Virus record (IMG/VR): IMGVR_UViG_3300017967_000018
Coordinates: 1-63,869 of that record
Reading direction: 5' to 3' (one strand)
DNA: 63,869 nucleotides
Source: a virus
Taxonomy: Duplodnaviria > Caudoviricetes
In this document: piece after piece, positions 36,300-46,294 of the stretch
Numbering within the stretch: position 1 is the stretch's first letter
Layout: every line of letters starts with the position of its first letter
The notes under the pieces: generated by a model
Told to the model about the DNA's origin: nothing
What the model saw: only the letters and a program-made list of their open reading frames with translations
Databases searched by the model: none
Translations under genes and position numbers: made by a program

Positions 36300-37088
36300 A
36301 TGATTAAAAATTCACCAGAAGTAGATGCAGCATGGGAAAGGTTCTTGAAGAAACAAAATGAAGAAGATAGAAATATCTTAATTGAACATTATTTTCCTTA
36401 CGTTCAAAACATTTCAAAGAAAGTAGCAAAAAAAATGAAAGGTAAAGTAGAAGCTCAAGAGCTAGCATCTCATGGGGTAGATGGTCTAATCAAGGCATTA
36501 GAAAGGTTCGATGCAAACAGGGAAGCAAAATTTGAAACATATGCATACGCAAGAATTAGAGGAGCAATGCTAGATGGACTGAGAACTGAAGACTGGGTCC
36601 CCAGAAGCGTAAGGCAAAGGCAAGACAAAATTGAAGGAGCTAGAAATAGACTTAGAGAATCAATGGGAAGAGAGCCTTCTGAAGAAGAAGTTCTAGAAGA
36701 ATTAGGGATTAGCGGGACAGACTATTTTAAAAATCCCAATAAGTTTAAAGCCGCTTCCACTCCCTCTCTTGACACTTGTACAAGCGATACTGTAGAGGGC
36801 GATTACAACAAGCTGGATTTTAACAAAAACCTAATCTCTAAAATAGACGATCCAGATAGCAATATGGCCAGAAATGAATTCTTTCAAAAAATTTCTGATT
36901 GCAATCTAGATTCAATAGAGAAAAAAATAATTATTTATTATTACTATAAGAACTTGACAATCAAACAGATTTCTGCTAAGATAGATATATCAGAGTCTAG
37001 AATTAGCCAAATTCATCAAAAAGCTTTGAGAAAACTAAAAGATTTGCTTGATAAAAATGAGTCTCAAGTATTAATAGGAAAATCTTAA
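36300..37088 (+). CDS. fliA: RNA polymerase sigma factor, FliA/WhiG (sigma28) family
   Basis: GL..A.ERFD..R..KFETYA..RIRGAMLD.LR..DWVPRSVR; region 4 ISESRISQIH.KAL. Confidence 0.9.
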   Translation: MIKNSPEVDAAWERFLKKQNEEDRNILIEHYFPYVQNISKKVAKKMKGKVEAQELASHGVDGLIKALERFDANREAKFETYAYARIRGAMLDGLRTEDWVPRSVRQRQDKIEGARNRLRESMGREPSEEEVLEELGISGTDYFKNPNKFKAASTPSLDTCTSDTVEGDYNKLDFNKNLISKIDDPDSNMARNEFFQKISDCNLDSIEKKIIIYYYYKNLTIKQISAKIDISESRISQIHQKALRKLKDLLDKNESQVLIGKS

Positions 37089-37174
37089 AAAAAGTTTTTA
37101 CTTATTAGTAGGAAGATACTACAATATTATTGAAGATAGATATATTACTATCATTCGTAAGAAAGGAAAGCATT

Positions 37175-37804
37175 ATGACAGCTTTAAACAACCAAGTTTT
37201 AGTACTAAACAGAGGCTATGTCCCCGTAGACGTTATATGCGTCAGAGACGCTATCTCTGATACATATAAAGATTCTGCACTAATCGTAGATTCTGACTAT
37301 GCAGAGTACACCTGGGAAGATTGGTATGGTCTCTTCTCTATTCCTTTAGGTGAAGATATAGATCCCAAAATCAAGTATGTGACTGACAAGCACGCTAGAA
37401 TTAGAGTGCCTGAGGTTATCATCTTGAATGAATTTAAGAATGTTCCCAAGAGGAGCGTTAAGCTGACTAGAAGGCACCTATATGTCCGTGACAAAGGTAG
37501 GTGTCAGTATACTGGCAAGAAGCTATCTACTAGAGAGGCTACCCTTGACCATGTTATGCCTCGTTCTCGTGGCGGCAAGAACACTTGGGAAAACCTTGTT
37601 CTTTGTGACCCAAAGGTCAACAGGCTAAAGGACAACAGGACTCCTGAAGAGGCAGGATTAAAGCTGCTAAGGAAGCCTGTAAAACCTAAGTGGACTCCTG
37701 CCTTTGCTTCTTACTTGAAGAAGCGCCCAGAAAGCTGGAAGAAATTCTTGAAGGAACAGGATTGGAGCGTCTGCTATTGGGATGTTGAATTGCAAGATGA
37801 TTAG
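37175..37804 (+). CDS. HNH endonuclease (McrA-like)
   Basis: VLVLN..Y.P, RD..RCQYTG, TLDHVMPRSRGG..TWENLV...N..K; SD AAGGA. Confidence 0.9.
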   Translation: MTALNNQVLVLNRGYVPVDVICVRDAISDTYKDSALIVDSDYAEYTWEDWYGLFSIPLGEDIDPKIKYVTDKHARIRVPEVIILNEFKNVPKRSVKLTRRHLYVRDKGRCQYTGKKLSTREATLDHVMPRSRGGKNTWENLVLCDPKVNRLKDNRTPEEAGLKLLRKPVKPKWTPAFASYLKKRPESWKKFLKEQDWSVCYWDVELQDD

Positions 37805-37823
37805 TTAAACCTCCGTTAGTGAT

Positions 37824-37861
37824 AAAGCCTATGCTATTGTGCATAGGCTTTATTTTTTTTT
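37824..37861 (+). terminator. Intrinsic terminator
   Basis: AAAGCCTATGC-TATTGT-GCATAGGCTTT followed by a T-run. Confidence 0.85.
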
Positions 37862-37875
37862 ACTGACACTTAATT

Positions 37876-38580
37876 ATGGCTATAAGAAAAAGATTTAGAC
37901 AATACAAAAGAAGCACGGCTTTGTCTGTGAACAACTGGAAAGGTTCTCTTCCAAACGTTCCAGTTTTCATTGTCGGCAACGCGCCCTCTCTTTGCAGAAA
38001 TCCAGTTCAAGGATTACAACCATTCTTTACAATTGGCATAAATAAAACATACAAACTAATTGATCCCAATATTCTTATTTGGCAAGACATTCAATTTTGG
38101 CTAACTGATAGATATAAGATCGCAAGAACAGAATGTATTAAATATTGCAGGAATCACGCTGACCCTAAAGGCAAATTCTATAATTTCACCCTTGAAGGAG
38201 GGCCTTTCAAAATGCCTAGCTCTCCAGATTTGCTCTATGGAGGCGGGGCTTCTGGGCCTCTAGCATTTCAGCTAGCTTATTTACTGGGTTGTAGCCCTAT
38301 ATTTTTAGTTGGAATGGACTGCAAATACGATAGGAGTGGAAAGACTAACTTTTATGGCAAGAATAAATTTCATTCTTCTCACACTCTTAAGAACTGCAAC
38401 AGGGGAATTAGATGGATTGAAAAAATGTCTGTCGATCACAACATCAAAATTATTAATTGTTCTGACAACAATCATTTTTCTGATAGCCAAATGACATTGA
38501 AAGATGCAATAGAATACGTTGATCAAAATTTTCCTAAATATACGAGAGAAGAATATAGCAGGATGCTTTGGAATAAGTAA
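37876..38580 (+). CDS. DUF115/MAF-MptE-like (sialyltransferase-like fold) protein
   Basis: FIVGNAPSL, IGIN, A.QLAYLLGC.PI.LVGMD. Confidence 0.7.
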   Translation: MAIRKRFRQYKRSTALSVNNWKGSLPNVPVFIVGNAPSLCRNPVQGLQPFFTIGINKTYKLIDPNILIWQDIQFWLTDRYKIARTECIKYCRNHADPKGKFYNFTLEGGPFKMPSSPDLLYGGGASGPLAFQLAYLLGCSPIFLVGMDCKYDRSGKTNFYGKNKFHSSHTLKNCNRGIRWIEKMSVDHNIKIINCSDNNHFSDSQMTLKDAIEYVDQNFPKYTREEYSRMLWNK

Positions 38581-39239
38581 TGCCATTAATTAATCAACCA
38601 TTGTGCGATTTGAGACAATGCAAAGACAGGCTTAAGAATGAGCCTTGTTTTGTCTTGGGGAATGGACCCTCTGTTAAGAGGAGCGATTTAAATAAAATAG
38701 ATAATTTCTTTTCTATAGGGGTTAATAGAATATTCAAAATTTATGATCCGACTATTTTATTTTGGCAAGATTTAAATGTATGGAGAGATGATGCTTCGGC
38801 AATAGAAAAATCGCCATCTATGAAAGTTTGTGCCACGAGATCGGGTCCGTCTTATTTTTATAATTTTAATTTTGAAGAAGACAGGGGAAAATGGATGGCA
38901 GATGATTTTACTTTTTATGGACCAATGAATTCAGGGGGAAATGCAATTCAATTGGCTTGTTTTTTAGGATGCAATCCAATTATATTACTAGGCTTTGATT
39001 GTAAAGGAAAAAATGGGAAAACCAATTTTTACGGCAACAACACTGATTATTGGGGCAGGGAATTTGCTTGGTGCGAAAGGCACCTGGAGTGGATAAAAGC
39101 AAAATGCGACAGAGAAATTGTTAACTGCGGAGAAAATGAAGCTTGGCAAAAAAGTGACTGGGATGAAACTATTATTAAAAATAAAGAACATATGAAAGGC
39201 AGAGAGCAGTTCCTTAAACTGCTCGGTAAAAAAAAATAA
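38580..39239 (+). CDS. Tandem paralog of the preceding DUF115/MAF-like protein
   Basis: FVLGNGPS, IGVNR, NSG..AIQLA..LGC.PI.LLGFD, GKTNFYG shared. Confidence 0.7.
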   Translation: MPLINQPLCDLRQCKDRLKNEPCFVLGNGPSVKRSDLNKIDNFFSIGVNRIFKIYDPTILFWQDLNVWRDDASAIEKSPSMKVCATRSGPSYFYNFNFEEDRGKWMADDFTFYGPMNSGGNAIQLACFLGCNPIILLGFDCKGKNGKTNFYGNNTDYWGREFAWCERHLEWIKAKCDREIVNCGENEAWQKSDWDETIIKNKEHMKGREQFLKLLGKKK

Positions 39240-39555
39240 GATTGTAACCGCCTGATATTTCTTGACGTTTAGATGTCAGACAGAATAAGTTAGAAGAAGC
39301 AAAAAGGAAAAAGACTTCACACCAAGAACAATATTAACTAACGTGATTTTTTAGACCTAGAGGAATTAAAGATAATGATCTATTTTACGGAAACAGTATG
39401 CATCAAATTGACTCGATTACCAAACATAGCTCATATCCCACTAGGCCCATAAAAACATAAAACAAATAACATAAAAACAACGTAAGTGCTAACTTTTTAT
39501 TTAAGATAGCGCGGTATACTCTTCGCAAAAAATATTATCAAATTAGGAGATTTGA

Positions 39556-42126
39556 ATGTCAAAGGATATCAATGTCAAAAAAAGAAATGGAAGATTAGAG
39601 CCCTTCATCGCTGACAAAATTAACAAGTGTGTAGAAAGAGCTTGTGAGGGACTAGAAGGAGTATCAGCATCTGAGGTTGTATTGGATGCACAAATTACTT
39701 TTAATGATAAAGTAAAGACATCTGAAATAGATCGAGGCCTTATTCTTACTGCTCGCTCAAAGATATACAAGAACCCAGCCTATGCATATGTTGGAGCAAG
39801 AATTCTGCTTAATTGCTTATATAAAGAAGTTTTCAAAGAATCTGTTGACTGTGATACTTTTGAAGAAGATTACCGTGGAGCATTTATTAAAAACATTAAA
39901 CGAGGAGTAAAAGAAGGCATCTATAGCGAAAAGCTTTTAGAGTATGACTTGAAAGAACTTGCCTCACACATTGTTCCTTGTAGAGATAAGCTGTATAAGT
40001 ATCAAGGCATTCAAAACCTCTATGATAGATACTTTCAAAGAATAGATGACAAGGTAATAGAGACTCCTCAGCATTTTCATATGCGAGTTGCAATGGGTCT
40101 TTGCTATAACGAAGAAAACAAAGAAGAAATGGTAAAAGAACTATACGATGTTTATAGCCAACACCTTGCTTCTCCTTCTACTCCAACGTTGTTTAACTCT
40201 GGAACGCCAAATAATCAGTTGTCATCTTGCTATCTTTCAGAAATTCACGACTCAGTCAATGGCATCTTTGACGGCCTATGGCAAGAAGCGAGAAAATCTA
40301 AGCATGCAGGTGGTCTTGGATTCCATGTTTCTAAGATCAGGGGCACTAACGCCAAAGTTAGAGGGACCAATGGCAAATCTAGCGGCCTTATTCCTTGGCT
40401 GAAAATTTACGGCGATATGCTGATAGCCTGCGATCAGGGTGGAAGAAGAAAAGGTAGCGGTTGCGCCTATGTAGAGCCATGGCACATCGACATCGAAGAC
40501 TTCATTGACCTTAGAAAGGCCAATGGAGAAGAGCGCCGCCGATCTCATGACATCAATACTGCTCTTTGGATCTGTGACTTGTTCATGGAAAGAGTAGAGA
40601 CAGAAGGAGCAACTTGGACATTATTCTGCCCAGATGAAGCAGAGGGTCTAGTTGACGCTTATGGCGATGAATTTAACAAGCTATACAAGAAGTATGAAAA
40701 GATGGCTGAGAATGGTGAAATAAAAAACTTTAGAGTAATTGAAGCCAAAACCTTGTGGAAGAAAATTCTAAAAATGCTTTTTGAAACAAGTCACCCTTGG
40801 CCTACTTTCAAAGACAATGCAAACTTTAGATATTCTAATATACATTGTGGCAAACTTCACGGCTCCAATCTTTGCACTGAAATTTTCTTGCATACTATCT
40901 CGTCTAAATACGGCGGAAATGATGTATTCGGTGAAAAGACTGAAACTGGAGAAACGGCTGTTTGCAACCTAGCTTCTGTGTGCCTTCCTAATCACCTGAT
41001 TAAGAAAGAAGATGGAACATATGAAATTGATTATGACAAATTGAAGAAAACAATTAAAAGCCTTGTTCGCGGATTGGACAATGTTATTGATATCAACTTC
41101 TACCCAACACGCGAGGCCTACAATGCGAACTCTAGACATAGACCTGTAGGTATGGGCACAATGGGATGGGCAGACGTTTATGCTAAACTAGGCATCGTGC
41201 AAGACTCTGACGAAGGCATCGCTCTTGCTGATGAGTTGATGGAATTTGTTTCCTATCAAGCAATTATGACATCTAGTGAACTTGCCAAAGAACGAGGTCG
41301 TTATAGCACTTTTGAAGGTTCCCTTTGGGACCAGGACATTCTTCCTATTGATACATATAACAATCTTATGGACTGGAAGAAAAATGGAATTAAAGTCGGA
41401 GGTGGCGGCAAGCTGGACTGGGCTCCAGTAAGAGAGCATATCAAAGCTCACGGCATGAGAAACTCTAACACAATGGCTATTGCCCCTAATGCGTCTATTG
41501 CATACATTCTTGGCTGTGAGCAGTCTATTGAACCGTTCTTCCGTATGTTATTCAGATATGAAAACCTTTCTGGCAACTATATGATTGCAAATGAGTTTTT
41601 TGTAGAAAAGATGGTAGAAGCTGGACTATGGTGTGAAGATTTTGCAGAGGCTCTTGCTGAAGCGGATGGAGATGTAACTCTCTTGAATATACCAGATGAA
41701 TATAAAGAGCTATTTAAGCCTGCGCCAGAAAGAGATCAGTTAAAGCTAATTGAGGCTAATGCTGCAAGACAGAAGTGGGTTGATCAAGGAATCTCGTTCA
41801 ATCTTTACAATGGAGGTCAGCAGAGCTTGACTGCTAAGGGCACTCCATCTTTGAAATTCTTGAATGACATATACGCTCATGCATGGTCCTGCGGATTAAA
41901 GTCTACTTACTATCTAAGAAACAAAGCTGCGTCTAAGGTGCAAAAGGTTACAGGTAAGCAAGTAAACGAAGAAAAGCCTAAATATGATGTTAAAAAATTA
42001 CAAGAAATGCTTATGAATGGCGAAACTCTTTCTGATGAAGAATATGCTTTCTTGAACGAACAGGCAGCAGCTTGTAGTATAAATGCCGCTGAAAACGGCG
42101 AAGCGTGTGAGATGTGTCAAGGTTAA
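39556..42126 (+). CDS. nrdA: Ribonucleotide reductase class Ia alpha subunit with ATP-cone
   Basis: VKKRNG ATP-cone, SPSTPTLFNSG, LSSCY, SNLCTEI, VCNLAS, AIAPNAS, KSTYYLR, terminal CEMC. Confidence 0.97.
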   Translation: MSKDINVKKRNGRLEPFIADKINKCVERACEGLEGVSASEVVLDAQITFNDKVKTSEIDRGLILTARSKIYKNPAYAYVGARILLNCLYKEVFKESVDCDTFEEDYRGAFIKNIKRGVKEGIYSEKLLEYDLKELASHIVPCRDKLYKYQGIQNLYDRYFQRIDDKVIETPQHFHMRVAMGLCYNEENKEEMVKELYDVYSQHLASPSTPTLFNSGTPNNQLSSCYLSEIHDSVNGIFDGLWQEARKSKHAGGLGFHVSKIRGTNAKVRGTNGKSSGLIPWLKIYGDMLIACDQGGRRKGSGCAYVEPWHIDIEDFIDLRKANGEERRRSHDINTALWICDLFMERVETEGATWTLFCPDEAEGLVDAYGDEFNKLYKKYEKMAENGEIKNFRVIEAKTLWKKILKMLFETSHPWPTFKDNANFRYSNIHCGKLHGSNLCTEIFLHTISSKYGGNDVFGEKTETGETAVCNLASVCLPNHLIKKEDGTYEIDYDKLKKTIKSLVRGLDNVIDINFYPTREAYNANSRHRPVGMGTMGWADVYAKLGIVQDSDEGIALADELMEFVSYQAIMTSSELAKERGRYSTFEGSLWDQDILPIDTYNNLMDWKKNGIKVGGGGKLDWAPVREHIKAHGMRNSNTMAIAPNASIAYILGCEQSIEPFFRMLFRYENLSGNYMIANEFFVEKMVEAGLWCEDFAEALAEADGDVTLLNIPDEYKELFKPAPERDQLKLIEANAARQKWVDQGISFNLYNGGQQSLTAKGTPSLKFLNDIYAHAWSCGLKSTYYLRNKAASKVQKVTGKQVNEEKPKYDVKKLQEMLMNGETLSDEEYAFLNEQAAACSINAAENGEACEMCQG

Positions 42127-42142
42127 TTAAAGGAGAATTATT

Positions 42143-43147
42143 ATGAGTAAACTTTTCGATCCGAATCCAAGCGGAGTAGCACAATTAATTAATAGTCCTA
42201 ATCAGTGGGCTAAAGATATGTGGCGTGATGGTTGTGCAAATCACTGGATGCCACAAGAAGTAGATATGAGCAAAGATGGAAAGCAATGGAAGGATGGGGA
42301 GACATTAGATGACTCTGAAAAACTTCTTATTAAAAGAACATTAGGATTGTTCGCCGCTGGTGAAAGCCTAGTTAACAATAGCATTGCTTCTGTGGAAAGA
42401 GTATATATTACCGATGGTGCCTGCCGTCAATATATGTCAAGAAAAGACTTTGAAGAATCTCTTCACAACTGGACTGTGGAAACATGCTGTGAAGCATATG
42501 GTCTAGACGTAAAAGAAGTAGCTGAGGCATACAAAAACATTCCTACCATTAAGGCTAAGGATGAATTTCTAATGAAATCTCTAGACTCTTTTGACAAAGA
42601 CTTCAATATCAATTCCAATGAAGGAAGACAGCAGTTTATCAAGAACATGTTTGTATTTTATATGATTTGTGAGGGAACATGGTTCTTTACTAATTTTGCT
42701 CTTATCTTAAGCCTGGGCAGACAAAACAAGCTTCCTGGTCTTTGTGATCAAATACAATACACACTTAGAGATGAATCTCTTCACGTTAAATTTGGCGAAA
42801 CCGTAATCAATCAAGCCAGAGAAGAATATCCTGGCATTTGGACCAAGAAGTTCCAAGAAGAACTGGTTGACATTATGAAGGAAGGTGTAGGCATTGAAGT
42901 AGAATACGCAAAAGACATTCTGCCCAATGGGGTTCTTGGAGTAAATGCAGAAATGCTAGAACACTATGTTAAGTTCCTGGCTAATACCAGATTGAAATCT
43001 GTAGGTCTTGACTTTAAGTATGAAGAAGGAGCATCCAATCCATTTACTTGGCTTAAAGAACAGCAAGACTCTACTGGCATGACCGCCTTCTTCGAAAGAA
43101 GAGAAAAGAATTACCAGCAAGCTGGTGTTATGGAAGATGACTTTTAA
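42143..43147 (+). CDS. nrdB: Ribonucleotide reductase class I beta subunit
   Basis: HWMPQEVDM, EESLH, EGTWFF, RDESLH, FFE.R...Y. Confidence 0.95.
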   Translation: MSKLFDPNPSGVAQLINSPNQWAKDMWRDGCANHWMPQEVDMSKDGKQWKDGETLDDSEKLLIKRTLGLFAAGESLVNNSIASVERVYITDGACRQYMSRKDFEESLHNWTVETCCEAYGLDVKEVAEAYKNIPTIKAKDEFLMKSLDSFDKDFNINSNEGRQQFIKNMFVFYMICEGTWFFTNFALILSLGRQNKLPGLCDQIQYTLRDESLHVKFGETVINQAREEYPGIWTKKFQEELVDIMKEGVGIEVEYAKDILPNGVLGVNAEMLEHYVKFLANTRLKSVGLDFKYEEGASNPFTWLKEQQDSTGMTAFFERREKNYQQAGVMEDDF

Positions 43148-43159
43148 TAAGGAGATATT

Positions 43160-43759
43160 ATGTCATTAAAAAAATATGCCTCAGAATATGTAGAAGGAGC
43201 TATCAAAACTAAAAGCTCTAATTATGATAGTGACTCTTTAAGCCCCGATTTAATACATGCCATACTGGGTATCGTTACTGAGTCGGCAGAATTCATGGCA
43301 GGAGTAGGAGGCAAAGATACCTTCTACGCAGACAGAACAAACCTAAAGGAAGAAATTGGAGACATATGCTGGTATCTTGCAATCGCTCAAAAGCATTACG
43401 ATGACAACGGAGAAGACGTTGACATATTTGGAGCAGAAGCATATGATATTGAATTTAAGAAAGTAGATGCCTTCTGCGAACTGCTTGTAGTTACCGCTGG
43501 CGAGTTGACAGATGTTGTAAAAAGATCATTTTATTACGGCAAAGGCAGTAGTACCCCGTCTATTTCTGATTTGCCCTGTTTGTTTGAAAAAACGTTTATG
43601 ATCTGCCAAGCTCTAGCTAAGATGCTTAATGCAGATATTGAATCTATTATGAAGACTAATCTAGAAAAACTTCAAGCCCGATTCCCAGACAAGTTTGATA
43701 CCGAACAGGTGTTTAACAGAGATTTACAAAAAGAAAGAAAAGTACTTGAGCAACAATAG
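43160..43759 (+). CDS. MazG-like NTP pyrophosphohydrolase
   Basis: HAILGIVTESAE, EEIGDICWYLA, N.EKL.ARFPD.F. Confidence 0.85.
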   Translation: MSLKKYASEYVEGAIKTKSSNYDSDSLSPDLIHAILGIVTESAEFMAGVGGKDTFYADRTNLKEEIGDICWYLAIAQKHYDDNGEDVDIFGAEAYDIEFKKVDAFCELLVVTAGELTDVVKRSFYYGKGSSTPSISDLPCLFEKTFMICQALAKMLNADIESIMKTNLEKLQARFPDKFDTEQVFNRDLQKERKVLEQQ

Positions 43760-43770
43760 GAGCCATTGCC

Positions 43771-43968
43771 ATGTTAAATAAAAACGGAGCGTCAAAACAG
43801 TATCACTTAAAATTTGGTATCAATCAGCCAATTCCATCTGATAAAGAAGTTCAAGAGTTTTTAGATGAAATGAGAAGAAGAGCAAATGATAAGGGGATAG
43901 TAATTTCCGAATTCGATCAGGAATGCTTAATGGAAGTTGACCCCAATCAAATGAGTCTTTTTGAATAG
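43771..43968 (+). CDS. Hypothetical protein ending in QMSLF (beta-clamp-binding-like motif)
   Basis: SD AGGAG; C-terminal NQMSLFE. Confidence 0.6.
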   Translation: MLNKNGASKQYHLKFGINQPIPSDKEVQEFLDEMRRRANDKGIVISEFDQECLMEVDPNQMSLFE

Positions 43969-44099
43969 GACATTTGAGTCATTATTAACTTGTTAGTGCA
44001 GACTTCTAAAAAAGAAGTCTAATCCATTAAAACAAAGGAAAATAGAATAAAACCGATAATTAATAACTATCGGTTTTATTTTATTTTACGGCGATAATA

Positions 44100-45890
44100 A
44101 TGGCAATAAACAATTCAAATACTATTTTTGTCTACAATCAAAACGATCCTGAAAGTCTAGATATAGCCTTGCAATATCAAAATATTCATGATCTTGATTT
44201 GTCGCATCTAATACCTATTAATTGTTCTTCAAATGAGATCCTGTCTAATTATTCTATATTTCAATCTGAGGTAGAAAACCCAATACTATCAGCAATATCA
44301 GGCCTAAGTGATATATGGGTAATTGTTCTTGGATACAACGTGCCTGGGGGCTTCTATGATGGTTCTGATATCATCTCAGCTACATCAAGGCTTTCTAGAA
44401 TAAATCATGTTTATTCAAAAGAAGAGAGAAATCCGCTATTCGACAGGAAGGTATTTAAAAGATATAATGAGCAAGATGATTCCGCAGACAGGCTCGACTC
44501 AGATGTAGCTCTTATTTGCTCAAGAATTGACGGGCCAAATAAAGAATTTGTAGAAAAAATATTATTTAAATCAAAATGTGCATTCAATACAAATGAAGTT
44601 AATGGCAGATTCTATATCGATCCATATTCTGATTTAAACGGAACTCTAGCCGATCAATATCAAACGACAATAACTGATTTTCAAAGTGGAATACTGCCCA
44701 GTTTAAATCTAGAAATTTGTGCTACTTTTTTTATTGATCCTTATATAGACTCCGTTCATCATCAGCTTGTAGAAGACTCTTTTTATTGGGGTTGGTTTAC
44801 AGACAGGGGGTCAGAATATTTTTTCAGAAGTACAGATACTACTAGGCTGTTTTTTTATAACGCCGATTATGACGGCGCAGAATCCATTAGATATGCAAAT
44901 CCTGATAGATGGCCACAATTAGCTTTGGCGAATGGATATGTGTCAACTGCTGGTGCTATGAGCAATCCTGGAATTGATGGATTTTTAACCCCTGAGCCAT
45001 TCTTTGTGGCCCTTAGAGAACAGGCGAGGCTAGGGGAAGCAATGTTATTTTCTATGCCATATTTTAATTGGACAATATCTTTCTTCGGAGATCCTCTATT
45101 GCAGATGGTGTTCCCTGCCACATATCAAGAAGAGCTTCTTGAGGATAGAGATATTGCTCTTGTTACAAATAGAGAATTGCTGAACGAAATATTGCTTGAA
45201 GACTTTGCCAGACTCATAGCCTACGGCATTTATAGAGATTCAAGAAAAGAAGACATAAGAGATTCAGTCGCGTTCAGTTTAGACATACCTCTTGAAGTAG
45301 ATCTTTTAGTTTTGTCTCAAAATCTTCTTGATGGAAATGATTTCTATGACATTCAAATAAATGACTTGTCAGACAAAATAAATCTTTACTTAAGAGAAAA
45401 AGTTGTTAAAGATGTTAAGGTAGAAAATAATCTGGAATTATCAGAAATGAGTAATATTCAAGACTATCTTTCTTATTATTCTATAAAAATCAGTTCTATA
45501 TTGTCTGAGTATTTAAACGTAACAGATTCTACTCTTTTTTACACTGAAGGCTCTTGGACTGTAGAGCTTCCAATATTAGAAGAAAGTTCAAGTTATGAAG
45601 ATTATCATTTTGAAATACAAGTAAGCTCAGAAGAAGACTTTTCAACAATTATACATACGATTGACTCGGAGGCAGACCAAACTAACTGGACATATGAAGA
45701 AAATGAAAATAGCTACTCTGGAATTCCCACTGAAGGAGTAGGCTCCAATTTTGCTAATAGAAATATTAGATATTTAAGTAAAAACTCAGAGCTTTTAACT
45801 ACTGCAGAGCTTTATTATTTTAGATTAAGACAAAAAAGTTCTCTGGGGACTTATGACTGGAGAACATTTGAGGACATTATTTGGACATGA
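44100..45890 (+). CDS. TIGR03790-like protein with C-terminal Fn3-like extension
   Basis: VYN.ND.ES..IA..Y, SRIDGP, FYWGW, L.NG...TAG....P, LGEA..............FGDPL. Confidence 0.65.
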   Translation: MAINNSNTIFVYNQNDPESLDIALQYQNIHDLDLSHLIPINCSSNEILSNYSIFQSEVENPILSAISGLSDIWVIVLGYNVPGGFYDGSDIISATSRLSRINHVYSKEERNPLFDRKVFKRYNEQDDSADRLDSDVALICSRIDGPNKEFVEKILFKSKCAFNTNEVNGRFYIDPYSDLNGTLADQYQTTITDFQSGILPSLNLEICATFFIDPYIDSVHHQLVEDSFYWGWFTDRGSEYFFRSTDTTRLFFYNADYDGAESIRYANPDRWPQLALANGYVSTAGAMSNPGIDGFLTPEPFFVALREQARLGEAMLFSMPYFNWTISFFGDPLLQMVFPATYQEELLEDRDIALVTNRELLNEILLEDFARLIAYGIYRDSRKEDIRDSVAFSLDIPLEVDLLVLSQNLLDGNDFYDIQINDLSDKINLYLREKVVKDVKVENNLELSEMSNIQDYLSYYSIKISSILSEYLNVTDSTLFYTEGSWTVELPILEESSSYEDYHFEIQVSSEEDFSTIIHTIDSEADQTNWTYEENENSYSGIPTEGVGSNFANRNIRYLSKNSELLTTAELYYFRLRQKSSLGTYDWRTFEDIIWT

Positions 45891-46291
45891 TAAGTAGCTC
45901 AGAATACAAAGTTATATCAGACAAAATACACGAAATGCAAGATATTCTTGTAAATACAGCTAGCGTGGCCGTAGACATGCAGGCAACAACCAATGCATTG
46001 TCTTTGGCATACATAGCAGCAACGCCAGCAACAGATTTTCAAAACTCTGCAAACGAAGTAGATTATTTTGCAGACATTAACGCCCCCTTAGTTGGGATAG
46101 AATCAGCGGGCACTGAATTAACCGCTGGTTCCAGGCTAATCCCAATAGTAAGGGAACTGCAGTTGCACATTCTCGCTAGATATGATTCTATTGATGAATG
46201 GCTAGGCGAGTCTGGCATACTTGTTAAGCAAAGATTTTATGATCTTTCTAATGATTTAGGGTATGAAATCAGCCCAACATACTTGGAGTAA
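45887..46291 (+). CDS. Hypothetical protein
   Basis: Coupled ORF upstream of terminase. Confidence 0.65.
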   Translation: MISSSEYKVISDKIHEMQDILVNTASVAVDMQATTNALSLAYIAATPATDFQNSANEVDYFADINAPLVGIESAGTELTAGSRLIPIVRELQLHILARYDSIDEWLGESGILVKQRFYDLSNDLGYEISPTYLE

Positions 46292-46294
46292 AAA

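Noticed and set aside
39228-39236. Second frameshift at the A9 run ending 38580..39239
   Set aside because: Both alternative frames hit stops within a few codons
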